In this document: in pieces, positions 27,191 to 40,300 of the stretch | Layout: each line of letters opens with the position of its first letter | Numbering within the stretch: position 1 is the stretch's first letter | Assembly: GCA_963514005.1 (NCBI GenBank) | Contig: OY740781.1 | Span: 148,614,001-148,678,000 of the forward strand | Source of the DNA: Raja brachyura | Taxonomy: Eukaryota | Direction of reading: 5' to 3' | DNA length: 64,000 bases | The notes under the pieces: generated by a model | Database searches by the model: none | The model's input: the letters and a program-made list of their open reading frames with translations, nothing else | What the model was told of the DNA's origin: nothing | Program-made: the position numbers and the translations under genes

Positions 27191-27564
27191 CCCCCCCCCC
27201 CCCCACCCCGGGAAATACGGTATTAAAAAAAAAAATCACAAAATGTACTTACCACATCATTGGTACTCGACAAACCAACCAACCTTTGAAAAAGTTATCC
27301 TTCAGATTCCTATTAAATCATTCCCCTTCATCTTAGGGGGAATCTTCAGTCATCCCCAAGAGTGTGAGGTTTCCGCTGGTCAATAATGGTTGTCTATATA
27401 GTTCAGGTCTCTCTGAGTAATCTGCGGCTGTATTAATGCCCATCTCCAATTCATGATCATTGAGCACAACAGTAGTCTCAAGATCACAGTGCTAAGACTG
27501 AATTGATTCCATTGAGCATACAAGCTTCATGGTCCTGGTTCATCACTAACATATTAAGAGTATC

Positions 27565-28460
27565 ATTGTCGTCATGGCTATCCGTCGAGGTCGAGGATGG
27601 TGGTCTACGTTCCATTGATTTTATGGACTCTCAGGTGGCTTATGAGTCCAATCCTGGCTTTGAAAGTTCTTGGCATTCAGGACAGATAATTCCAGATGGC
27701 AGATCGAGCTTTGGTTGTTGCTGCCTCTCTTTCCCTTTTCTTCTCTTTTCTTCTAATTCTGCGCATCTGTTGGCTTCGAAGGTCACTGTTCCTTCTTGTA
27801 TGATGGTTTACCAGAGCTTCCTGTCCTTGGCATTGGTTTCCCAATTGTCAATGTCAATTTCACATTTCTTCATGCTGGCTTTTAAGGCATCTTTGAATCT
27901 CTTCTTTTGTCCGCCTCTTTTACGTTTGCCTTCTTTAAGATGGGAGAAGAAGGTTTGCTTTGGTAGACGCTCGTCTTCCATCCGAACAACATGGACTGAC
28001 CCACCTTAGTTGGTTCTTGATGACAAAGGCTTCGATGCTAGATGTTTTTGCTTCATTCAGCAAGCTGATGTTGGTTCTTCTGTCTTCCCAGCTGATATTT
28101 AAGCTGCTTCGAAGATAGAGTTGATGGAACTTTTCAAGTGTTTTCAGACGGTGTCAGTATGTTGTCCAGGTTACTGATGCATACAGAAGCGTTGGAATCA
28201 CCACTGCCTTGTACACTAACATTTTGGTGTCTGTTCGGATGTCATGATTTTAAAAGACTCTCGTTCGAAGGCGTCCAAAAGCTGTTCCAGCACACTTAAG
28301 ATGATGTTGGATCTCGTCATCAAGGTCGACATTGGAGGAGAGGTGACTTCCAAGGTACGGATAGTGATCCACATTTTCCAGGGCAGTTTCACCAAGTTGT
28401 ATTGAAGGTTCTTTCCGATTTGTCTCAGTTGGCGACGATTGGTAGATAACCCGAGTCATC
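27565..28460 (-). mobile_element. RTE-clade (BovB-like) LINE, 5'-truncated 3' end
   Basis: Translates LENVDHYPYLGSHLS..DDEIQHHLKCAGTAFGRLR, TKMLVYKAVVIPTLLYAS, RMEDERLPKQ and RKRGGQKKRFKDALK, followed by a short 3' UTR with a trinucleotide-like tail. Confidence 0.85.
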
Positions 28461-28479
28461 TTGGTGATGATGGTAAGTC

Positions 28480-30165
28480 TCTGCATAATTGGAGCACAAG
28501 TTTACCTTCCTGCCTTAGGAAAATTCCTGATATGTATCCATATTTTGAAAACCCCTGCCTGCTCTTCTTGAACAGCACAATGTGTCCAGTTTTGACAGAG
28601 CACATTATTCTGGAGGTAACTGCTAAGAACAAGGCATTTAGACTTGGATTGTTTTCTCTGGAATGCCGGAGGTTGTAGGGAAAATCGATAGAAGTATATA
28701 AAGTTATGAGAGGCATTGGTTGGGCAGACAGTTGCAACCTATTACCCAGGAAGAAAAAAAATCAAATACTACAGGACATAGCTTTAAGGTGAGATAGGCA
28801 TTTTTTTTTTACATAGAGGGTTATGAGTGCCTGGAACATGCGGCCAGATTTGGTGCTTGGGACAAATACGATAGTGGCAATTTAAAAGGTTTTTGTGTAG
28901 GAATAAGAATATGCAAGGAATGGAACAATATGGATTATGCGCAGGTAGATGAGCGATGGTTTTGGCATTACTATTGGCACGTACATTGTGGGCCAAATAG
29001 CCTGTTCTTTGCTGTATTATTCTCATTCAGTTCAGTTTATTGTCATGTGTACCGAGGTACAGTGAAAAGCTTTTTGTTGCGTGTTAACCAGTCAGCAGAA
29101 AGACAATACATGATTACAATTAATCCATTTACAGTGTACAGATTTAAGAGTGTGGAGCGATTGTAACGTGAGTTTGCAGATCTGTATCTGTGGCTAGCAC
29201 GCAAATAGTTGCCTGCGTTGGGCACCATCTTGGGTGTACCCAGTTCATGTCTTCTTTGTTCGAAGCTCATGACCATGGGATTTCCCACCAAATATTTATT
29301 GTACTTTCTGCCATACACATACAATGCTCCATTGCACACCGTGAGGACCAGTGCCCCTTAACTCCAGATTGACTGCGCTCTTTTCTGCAACTATTTTCAA
29401 AATAACTCACAAATGAAGGCACCCTGTCTGAATATCTTTGTCTGTGAGGATCATTGCAAAGGAATCGTGCAATGCATGCTCCGGAAATGTCCCAAACTGA
29501 CCATGGTACAAAGAGCTCTGAATATCAGTCATAGAGTTACACAGCATGGAGACAGGCCCAAGGCCTAACTCGTCCATGCCGACCAAGGTGCCTTCCGAGC
29601 AGAACCTATTTACTTGCATTGGACCCATGTAAGGAGAGGTAGAACTCCCTCTCCCCCGATGCTCAGTGTGAAGAAGGGTTTTGACCCAAAACATCACACA
29701 TTTCTTCTATCCAGACATGCTGCCTGAGTTACTCCAGCATTTTGTGTCTATCTTAGAGGTTAGACAAACTTGGATTGATTTCTCTTGAGCGTTGAAGCTG
29801 AGGGGAGACCTGCTAAAATTATATAAAATTATGAGAGGCAATGATAGAGTAGGCAGTCAGAACCAGATCCCCACAGTGGAAATGTCAAATACTAGACTGC
29901 ATAGCTTTAAATGTGAGGGGAAACGGTTCAAGGAGATGTATGGTTTTTTTTTTTAACTCAGTGGTAGGCACCTGAAACACACTGCCAGCCAGGGGTGGTG
30001 GTTGAAGCAGATACTTAGCGGCATTTAAAAGGCTTTAGATAGGCACATGAATAGGCAGGGACAGAGTATATGGATCAGGTCTAGACAGAAAAGGTAAGAT
30101 TAAATTGGAATCATGTTTGGCACGTGCATGGTGGTAAAGGGCTGTTCCTGTGCTACACTGTACAA
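28480..30165 (+). mobile_element. CR1 3' fragments (about 28480-29020 and 29755-30165) interleaved with SINE, LINE-tail and Penelope pieces
   Basis: RLGLFSLECRRL.G..IEVYK pattern, ACTAGA..CATAGCTTTAA and the CR1 3' tail. Confidence 0.7.
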
Positions 30166-30206
30166 CTCATATTTTGCTTGGTCAGCTTACAACCCAGCAA
30201 TATGAA

Positions 30207-30335
30207 CTGAAGAAGGGTCTCGACCCGAAACGTTGCCTATCTCCTTCACTCCTTAGATGCTGCTGCACCCGCTGAGTTTCTCCAGCTTTTTGTGTAACCC
30301 TCGATTCTCCAGCATCTGCAGTTCCTTCTTTAACA
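30207..30335 (+). mobile_element. Young Penelope pLTR-derived repeat with hammerhead-like core and TSD
   Basis: Starts CTGAAGAAGGGTCTCGACCCGAAACGTT. TSD CCCAGCAATATGAA at 30193-30206 and 30336-30349. Confidence 0.8.
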
Positions 30336-32849
30336 CCCAGCAATATGAATATTGATTCCTCTAAATTCAAGTAACCCTTACATTACCTCTCTCTCCCTGC
30401 CTGCCCCAGCCTAGTCTTCCTACTAGTTTCACTATTCACATCCCTTCATTATCACCTCCTCCACAGCCAACAATGGACCACTGTAGGCTCCACCATTACT
30501 GGGTCATCGATGCCAACTCTGATTTGTTCTGTACTTTTTCAAACTACTAATTTCCTTCTCCCCCGACTCAGTCTGAAGAAGAGTCTCAACCTGAAATGTC
30601 ACCTATTCTTTTTCTCCAGACATGCTGTCTGACCCCCTGAATTACTCCAGCATTTTGCGTCTATCTTTGGTGTAAACCAGTATCTGCAGTTCTTTCCTAC
30701 ACTATACTGCTCTATGTTCGATGCTTTCTTCTCCTGAGTCACATGGCACTCTGAGAGAATAGCAACTATTAGCCCTCATGCCTAGACACAATGTATTTTT
30801 GCAAAGGCTTGGAGAAAAACACCAAATCCTTTAACAAAAGACAAAGTGCTGCCAATAAGAGGGTCAGACAGATCTGTGGAGGGAGTGGGGGGAATGACTT
30901 TTCAGGCTGAGATCCTTCTTTGGAATGACTGATCTGAAACATTGTCTGTCCATTCCCTCCACAAATGCAGCCTGACCACCAACACTTTGTTTTTACTCAA
31001 GATTCCAGCATCTGCAGATTATTGTGTCTTCAAATTCATTAACAACTGGATATCACACCCTGTAGACTTGTTTTTAAAATCTCTGTAAAATGCCATGCTC
31101 TTGCATAGTTATACAACAGGTTGGATAACTTAATCTGCAGTTAACTATTTGATAATTGATGATCACTTTAAATAGTGCTGTGTTAATGGGATGAGGGGCA
31201 GTGAGCTAAAGGTCTGATGAATCTGATCATGTTGATGAGCATACGTTAAAGTTAAGTAACACTTAAAACCAGGCACTAGTTTTTATCACTAGAATTTTAA
31301 CATGACGGTAACAGCAATGCAAAACTTAATACAGTGTATTTGTCATGTGCTTTCCTCCAATCACTGATTGTTGTCACAACATGCCTGCTCTGCACAGTCC
31401 TGGAGAGTATTGCCTCCTCCTCATCTGCTAACCATAATCAATATGGTCCATGGAATTAGTCAGTGTAAAGGGGCAGATTGAGCTCCCTGGCCTTGATCTC
31501 AGGACTTCAAAAATATTCTGATATTTCTGGATATTGGCTTCAGCAATAATATGTACAGTGCTTGAAAATGGCCAGATTCCTTGTAAAAAAATCAAACTGT
31601 ACTATTTTGAAAGGCATAAAAGCCTTGGACAATTTGGAGTTTGGGATTGTGGAGTAACGCAAAGAATTCCTGTAATCATTTAACAATCCAGTCACTTTAA
31701 TATAGACAACGATATTTAAATTTTCTTTCATACAAGATGTTTTCAGGCAAAAACATTGGGGCAGTTATTCATAGGTGGTTTAAAAATATTTAGTCAAACA
31801 TTGCTTCTAACTGTGAGGGAAGATTGCTTGGATTGGAGTGAATGTTAAGATCTAACTACTGTCTGCCTGACATAAATTTGGATCTCAGGGTTAAGCACAT
31901 GTGAATTTGTGATCATAAATATGACTGACAACCTGTCTATATTTTAGAACATTAAAGAGTTGGTTCTTTCAGAAGCAATGGTTTCTTTAGTAACAGATTT
32001 CTCATTCACTGGAATTTAATGCCTTTAAAACTATAAAAGAATTAGAACAAATGCTTTACACATTGACAAAAAGGACTTTAATATTACATTACTGCCTCAG
32101 AATAACAATTTAACTAGTGAAGCACTGGTTCTATCCCACCGGGAAAAAAAAAATGGTGACCAATATCCAGATTGTTTGATAATTCTTAGACTATAACCAG
32201 CTCAACAACTTCCACTCTCCCTTTATAATTTAGACTTAATTACTCCCAGTGCAGATGCTTATCATCAAAGGATGAACAAGTGGTAATATCCAGAGGGTGT
32301 CATTTTTAATTGTTCCTTTCATTCCAAGTTCTCTGCACTGAAACGGGGATACCATTTGTCTGTTATTGTCAGTTTTCTCCCAATAATTGCTCAATCTGTT
32401 CTTGTTTTCAGACAATAAATTAATGACCCTGTGAATCGACAAATAGCTTGTCACTTTTTATGCCATAATTGAATAACAGGAATAGAATTGGATGATTCCC
32501 CAAGCTTCATGCTTAAGTGTATCATAAGTAAAACATTTGCATAAATAGTTTACAGTCACCGAATATGTCAGATTCTACTCTTCTGTGCTTACACATAACC
32601 ACCAAAAATTGCAATCCAAAACAGCAATACTCACTTCAGGTGCACGTACACAATTTCAAGCTCCGTGGCGTTTTTCTGTTCATTACAAGTTTTCATTTGT
32701 CAATGTCTTCAAATTTTTCTCATATCTGCTTCTCCAGATGTGTATTTTGACACATTTCCTTGTCGTTTTTTAATGCATTTCGATTCTCTGCTTCCCAACA
32801 TCTGTTTTTTTTTGCACTCATTAGAGGATTTTATCTGATAATGTCTAAA

Positions 32850-34020
32850 CTGTCCTGATCAAAACTGATATTTTATTGTGGGTAAATAGCTTCCTAAAAT
32901 CTACATTAAACATATCTAAATCCACTCTGCCCCATTTATTCATCAATTCCAGGTTCACTTTCAAAAGAGCATTAGCTTTGTGCCATTTTAATTTCACATA
33001 ACGACCATTTTGAGAAATTATTCTTTGCCAAATTAAGCATGGTTTCATGTTGGTGATACAATACACAGTCATATGGAATCTTTATAGACAGGATACATAG
33101 GATCAATTGAAAATTGATAATCTAATCTGGATTTTACTTCGGATCCATAAAATAAAAGTATGTTTCACAATTTTTTCTCCAATTTCATGTTATATTAATA
33201 ACAATCAATGTAAACTGGTGTACTTACAACAATACTAGGTTTGTCTGATATATTCATTTTAAAAGATTCATTTTAAATGTTTAGTTTCAAATATGTATTC
33301 TTCTTCAATTTCCTCATGAAAAATATTCAATGACTCTGCTTCCATATATTTCAGATGTAGAACAAGGAATTCCAAATATTCATGTCTCAGAAGAAATTCC
33401 TCATCATCACCACCTGAAACTATGTCTCCTTCTTGATAGTCCCTCCAGAGGAGACGTCGTCTTAGAATCCATTTTGCCATTTCCCCACAGTATTTATCTT
33501 TCAATAAGATCACCTATAATTCTTCGACCGAGATCCAGCTCAACCTTTCTTCATACATTGGCCTCTTCGTCCCGGGAATCAATCTGTTGAAGCTTCTCTG
33601 CATGCCTCCAACGCAAGCACATTCTTCCTTAAATACGGAGACAAAATTACATGCAGAATTCTTGGTGCAACATCACCAGCCCCTCCCTGCTCTAGCCTTG
33701 CAATAAATGCCAATATTCCACTCGGCTTCTCAATAACTTGTTTCATCCACTAGGATTTTATAGCTTTGCTCACATTCATTCAACCTATTTTTACCTTTTC
33801 AGTCTCTATGTTCTCCTCACACTCGATTTTTATATTACTGACAAATGTTTCAACAATAAACTTGATTCCCTTATCCAAGTTCTCAAAATTAATTTGTAAA
33901 TATTAAGGCCCCAGCAATGATCCCAAGCAACCCACTAACTAATGATTTCAAATCCAAAAGATTGATTTATCATGACTGCTTTCTGGTAGCTACAGAGCCA
34001 TGGCCATGCGAAATATTACT
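32850..34020 (-). mobile_element. Highly degenerate CR1 remnant
   Basis: Scattered CR1-like segments (LDMFNVDFRK; AESLNIFHEEI; reverse of CCTTAAATACGGAGACAAAATTACATGCAG). Confidence 0.45.
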
Positions 34021-35239
34021 ACCACTAACATGGAGCATTATTTGCTAAATGGATTAAAGAAATGGCCACCAAAATCAAAAATACATAATACAAAAGATTA
34101 ATCCATCTGATTGAAATATGTAGTATTATCATTTGAGTACACAATTTAAAATTAACTAAACAAACGTAAATTACAAAGCATTTTATAATATCTGTAAACA
34201 GGAAGATATTAATTTTAATATAATTAACTTCAAAGAAACCATTTGCAAGATTATGGGATCCACAATTCAACAGGAATACAAAGCTCATTAGTGAAGAAGT
34301 CACTGAATCCACAGGGAAGTCACCATGTACTGAGCATCCTCAATAATGCAAAATGCAAACTGCAGGTTTCACAAATTGAATGGCACATCAACTTTCAAAC
34401 TGCTAAAAACTATATGCAACATTTCAAGAAACTGCTGTCTGCTGATGTTTTCAACCACTAGTGCAAACACGTAGCCTTGAACACCAAATAACAAACATAT
34501 AAATGGGCCCTAATTGCATGAATATAGAATTCTCTTAGATATCTGTGTAAATCCTGTCCAAAATAGAGCCAGAATAGAGCCAAAATAAAGCAGAGGATTC
34601 ATGCCTTTTTGGCCTATTCTGTATTTCTGTATAAGACGCCACAGGCTGCTGGCTGGTGCCAGGAAGTCTAGGTCCCAGATCAGTGCTTCAGATAAGAACT
34701 ATATAAGAATCTCTTCAATTGTCAGTATGTATGAGAATCTTGAAGAGGACCTCCAAGGTTTTGTAAATGCATGAGTTTGATTGGATTGCTGTAAAGAGAT
34801 TGTAAATAATGTAAATAATGTTGCAAGATAGTTACCCTACTGTTTGTTGTTTGACCAAAGAGTTATGCCTTGGCAGAATTGTTTTGAGTTCCAGGGTAAA
34901 TGTTGCATTATTCAGTGAACTAGCTTCCTTCCAGAAGCTTCTGTAAGAAACATTGTTTTAGACTCTCTGTAATTGGATTGGGGGAACTGTCAATAATGTA
35001 TTGATGTAATTTATATGTTTGATTGGATGGTATCCAATGTAGTTTGGCCCCTCAATGTTCGTGGACGTATAAAAGGTAGCCCCATTTTGGATCAGTGTCG
35101 ATCTTCTCGAAGGGCACTTGGGACTGCATGACTTTTTGGGCAGTGTCTGCTTGCACGAGGTTGAAGAGCTTGGCCAGGCAGAGACAAGGATCGAACCCAC
35201 GGTGGTTTATGTATCGTAGAGGGGAATTTGCTGTTCGAT

Positions 35240-35433
35240 CTAAAAATAAAGTTTAGTTGGTCCAGTGCTTGAGTCAGTGTTTTTTACTGAACTAGCTTTA
35301 GGAGCATATTTACACCTGCACCATATTGACCATACACTACAAAATGGCAATGCAATCTTTATCCAAACATCCCAGTGCTTCACTTGCATGCGATGCCTCC
35401 TGGTGAAAATTGCATAACTTTGACTGTTCATAC
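35240..35433 (-). CDS. Possible terminal coding exon after exon 4: (S)MNSQSYAIF...TKLYF*
   Basis: A pyrimidine tract and CAG (TTTATCCTTTTGTTGTTATGGCAG) end at 35434. The frame is open in phase 1 and is followed by about 1.2 kb of U-rich, repeat-free, UTR-like sequence. The peptide is not recognised, and the site also reads as a donor (CAG|GTATGA). Confidence 0.25.
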
Positions 35434-37047
35434 CTGCCATAACAACAAAAGGATAAATTGTTGTCACTGGATGTTTTTTTCTTTTCTTCTTCATTCCTTG
35501 CTACGTGCTCATGACACACAAAGCCAATACTAATGAAGATGAAAAGTGTTCTATTAGTGGGGGATTATTGTGATGTGCATTTTTAATAGGATAGTTTGGA
35601 GTTAAAACTTTGCCACACCATTTACTGTAGGCTTAACCATCAGACCATCTACAAAAGATAAATTCACACCACTTCAGCTTCACCCAAGTTGCTATTAAGT
35701 AAACTTTCCAGATTTTCATAGTTACATTAAAATAATTCACCACTAATCCACTAACCAATTTTTATCCTATTTCTAAAAATGCATACATGTTCCTCATGAT
35801 GGCATTGATTCCCATCTCAGTCTGGCTTCACAGGCTCCAGGTGATATCTTGCCTAGGGAGGCATTCTTCCTGAATGAGCCTTGATAAGTAATATCACCTG
35901 GCTTTAGGCCATAAAGCATAGCAACCATGCACAATTCTTTACTCAGATATCTGCAAGCACACATCTTTCAGGAATTGCTGGGAAGAGTATGGGAGTGAAA
36001 ATCCAGACATTCTCCTTAGGGGCATAATAGTGATTATAGCACCAGGCTAGCTTCTCAATTTAGATCAGTAATATCTGCACAATCCAGAAACTCAATCTTG
36101 GGCATGCCACAGTGTGGCCAAAAGCATAAAATTCAGCTACCTCTGTCTTTGCAGGCAGACTCATTCCCAAAGCCCAGTTTCAATGCTGATAAAGACACAG
36201 GAGCACAGTCAGCTCATAACAAACATGAGCAATGGTACTTGGACATCAATAATTGCTATTAAAAAATGCACGTCGAATTCAGGGCTCAACTTGATTTCAG
36301 ATCAATAAAACAGCGATCAGTTTTCACATCTGCAGAAATTCTGCAGGGAATCACAACACACTGACATTGTTGATTTATGCCTACAAAATTCACAATGAAT
36401 CTCAGGGACGTGCACATGTTAAGTTCAGAATTGAGCTTCTCATTCTGATAATACCTGTTTTATTTTGGAACTGTATACAAAGCTCATTCTATTCAGCACA
36501 AACAAAAACCAATTGTGAAGTAAACCACTACAGCTGCAGTACAACTCCAGAGAGAGGCTCTTTATGACTCTAAGGCACAGAATCAAGAGAACACTACAAG
36601 GAAGAAATCACAATCTGTTTAACTCTGATAACACATTTTCATTGGCAAGTCACATCATATTTGCAACTTCCAATGTCCTTTGCTGCAATTGAGTAATTTT
36701 AAATGTACTCAGATTTAACACAAATGTTTTAAACAGCTAACTGCACTTCTGATCCACTTGCTAGTTTGACTTAACCCAAACCAATTTAAGTATAGGTGAT
36801 TTTACTTTCTGTACATTTTAGTCTCGATGATCAACCATACTATTAGGCTCAATTAAAACTATTCATCTACATCCTATTCAAAGAAATACAAATAATTTGC
36901 AGGAAGAAATATAAATATTCTAAGACGTTATTTCCCAAGTTTATAAAAGATACACTAAACCCAAGTCAAATTCCAAAAAGATTTTTCACTTTCACCTAAC
37001 AAGCAAAATAAATGGATTTGGCAGCAATAATTTTATAGGAAACTCAC

Positions 37048-37347
37048 TTAAATACGGTGGCTTGTAAGGCGCACGTGTGTTGGGCAGAAGTGCATCATAT
37101 TCTTTCTTTTCCAAATTTGCTGGATGCATTTTATCTTTTCCAAATGTAGAGAAGGATTTCTCTCCAGGCTGTTCTGGAGCTTCATAGACCTCAGTGTCAG
37201 GCACTGAGTCCATGCCTGGGACATGCAAATTACTACGATAATCCGGACCTTGGCGGTTATCTGTGGGTACAAAGCTGGGCATCCAGCAGCGGTCCGAGTG
37301 TCCCAGTGCTTTACACTCTTCTGTGCAATTGGAAAAGAGGTCAGCTC
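37048..37347 (-). CDS. PCDH10: PCDH10 coding exon 4 (300 bp), CM2 and WIRS motifs
   Basis: Acceptor TTTATTTCTGTAG. It translates as (G)ADLFSNCTEECKALGHSDRCWMPSFVP...GEKSFSTFGK...RAPYKPPYL, containing CM2 (CTEECKALGHSDRCWMP) and the WAVE-complex WIRS motif (FSTFGK). The donor is A|GTGAGT at 37047. Confidence 0.96.
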   Translation of the reverse strand, partial: ELTSFPIAQKSVKHWDTRTAAGCPALYPQITAKVRIIVVICMSQAWTQCLTLRSMKLQNSLERNPSLHLEKIKCIQQIWKRKNMMHFCPTHVRLTSHRI

Positions 37348-40300
37348 CTACAGAAATAAATCAGAATAAAATGCATTATATTATGTTATAAAAAACATTA
37401 CCTTCCAGCTTGGAATGTAGGGAATCATTTATGTATTGTTTGGGTTTATGACAGGTCCTAGGATGCCTGTCAATATTTCACTGGAATTTCTACATATCTG
37501 CACACACCTCAATTCACTCCTTCAGACCTCGGGGCTAACATCCACAACTTGTCTTGAATTCAGTATGGCGACAGAAACACTGAATGGGAAGGGTCCACAA
37601 AGTGATTTTTCCTCCAGCTTAATCTTTCTCCCCATGGTACAATGAACAAAAGTCTCCCAAATGCAACACTCCACTCCGACGTGATGGGCCAGGGGCATTT
37701 TAACATTCTAATGAATGCTTCCTCTCAATAACACCACTCAGACTTTCCTATTGTGAATCTTTGCAAAACTTAAAAGATGCATTTTTAAAGGGTACATCTA
37801 TTATGCTTGTTGAGATAAATTGACAGAAAGGTCACATCTGTATCCAGTTCATTGGTGATACTTTTGGAATAAGTGTTTCACTACATTTCTCGTGTGTGCG
37901 CAATTATGGATTTGCAGTTTTTGTGATACAGATATTGCAGGCAAACGTTGTAAAGCACAGATGCAGGATCATTTCTAATTACCGGAATGGCTGCATACAG
38001 CTTTAAGTTATATAATGCTCATGAGATGACATCAAGCAGTAGCGAAACTGTCTTGTTAGCTTATCTGTTTGAAGACAAGTTGAAAGAAACCATGCAAGAC
38101 ACATTCCAAAGTCACTTTGGACACAGATTTGCCCTCCTTCAAATGCAACCACACTTGTACATAACACTTAACCTTTAATTAATTATTTTTAGTTTGAAAT
38201 TTATTATTATTCTCACCGTGGTGACCGATGTCAATAGCAGAAATATTTTCAACTTTAACTGTGTAGAACGGCATCAATTCTATTAAATGTTTCTGAACTA
38301 TTTTTACTGAAAAGCGCCAGACTGATATTGTTCTTATGCACGTTATGTCAACATTTGTTTATGAAATACTTTTGCCATACACCAATAGTCAACCATGTTA
38401 TGGCTTTATGGAGCTGAAATTCAACTTTCAGTGTGATTACATTGCAACAGATCAGTTGGATAGTGTGCATGCTGTTCAATTTCATCTTCTATTGTACTGT
38501 ATAATAACCAGACAATTTGTTTTCGCCCAATTCTGTGTTCTGTCAAATATGAATATTACTCCATGTGACTTTGTAATTTCCAACAACGTTTAAGATGCTA
38601 TGGAGACTACTGTGGTGTTCAGGGATCAATGTTGAATGGACCCGTGGTTGACTTGTCATTTTCTGCTGAACTGCAGTACACATGGATTGCTTCATAGTCT
38701 AGGATGTTACTAATTTGCTACTAAATTTTGTATCCATACTTCTTTTCATGTAATGTCTACTTCAAAGTACCTCCACCAAAAATAGCTGAGCAGATTGCAT
38801 TGAGATAAACTGCATTAAGAATATCCAAATTAGTTTCAGCTTTTAATATTTAAAATGGACAAAGAATTAAAAGCAAAATAAGTAACTCATTATAGTAATT
38901 GGTTGAGCTGGATTTATGCATTGCTTTGAACTTGAAAGGTTTTACTACAACAGTAGCAAGATAACTATGAGTATAAGTGCAATTTAAAATGACTGGGTTG
39001 AAATTGCTTTATGTTACTTCCCAAAGAAGACTAAATTATTTTAGCAATCGTTGGGGAAAACATTATTTACATGAGGAACAAGTTGACAATAGACTCAAAG
39101 GCAATGTCATAATTTAGGTTGGCTGTTACAATAGAGAAATAAAACAATAATGCGGTGTAATCTGCTGAAACTTTGATAAATTGTGCAGTGATAGATCTTC
39201 CCTCTATAATGACTAAACCTCCTCCTTCAAAAATGTACCAAGGATTTACAGGGTTTTAAGGATAAACACGAGGAGTGAGACTGGCTAGATTGCTCTTATT
39301 TTGAACTAACATTATTTCTAAAGAACAAATGGCTCCCTTCTTTCCATTTTGTGACTAAATTCTGAACACTTTTTCTCCAACAGAATATAAAAGCACTAAA
39401 ATAATGTGCAGTATAATTGAAATGAAAATTCAAGCCTTTTTTTTACCACTGTTGGTGACATCAAATCTGACTACTTGCATTAGTAAGTTATGATCAATAT
39501 CTACCACAAGATCATAAATGGTTTAAATATAAAATATTACACATAAATCTTCAGGTAGTTTGAACTGAATTGGATAATGAACAAGTTATATGATCATTTT
39601 GTTGACCTTAACAATTTACATTTATATATACTACACATATAAAACCACACATCACTATATCTCACAGATGTGTGAAGAAAAGATAAATAGCAAAATACCT
39701 GGAGAAATTCAGCAGGTCAGGCTGCATCTCTGGAGAAAAAGGATGGTTGACATTTCGGGTCGAGACCCTTCTTGGTACAGAAACATCACCCATCCTTTTG
39801 CTCAAGAGATTCTGCCTGACCCGCTGAGTTACTCCAGCACTTTGTGTCTATTTTTGAAATAAACTAGCAACTGCAGTTCTTTGTTTCTATATATATTCCT
39901 ACCTTTATAGCTAATTCATTAATTCAACCTGGTACAGGGTACTACAAGGCCTTGGACTACAAAGAGTAAAGATCAGCTATAGTTAGTTACTGGGGTACAC
40001 AAAAAGCTGGAGAAACTCAGCGGGTGCAGCAGCATCTAAGGCATCCAATAGTTAGTTACTATCCAGTTATAAAGATAGTTACTATCCAGTTATGCTTACA
40101 GGAAAGTATATTTGCATGTTTACATTAGATAAAGTGAAGTCTTAACTGGATAATTCTGTTCTTTAAGTGTGAACCAAAACATTTAGTTGGCCAATACATC
40201 ACAACGTCAATCTAGAATAAACCAATACTTTTTCCAGTGTCCAATAGGAATTGTAACCACATTTCAGTGTTCCCCTACATCCTCGTCAGTTTTATCCATC

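Noticed and set aside
26884-27386. 150-aa and 108-aa Pro-rich ORFs
   Set aside because: They arise from the GC-rich foldback repeat and a poly-C run, with no splice or domain support.
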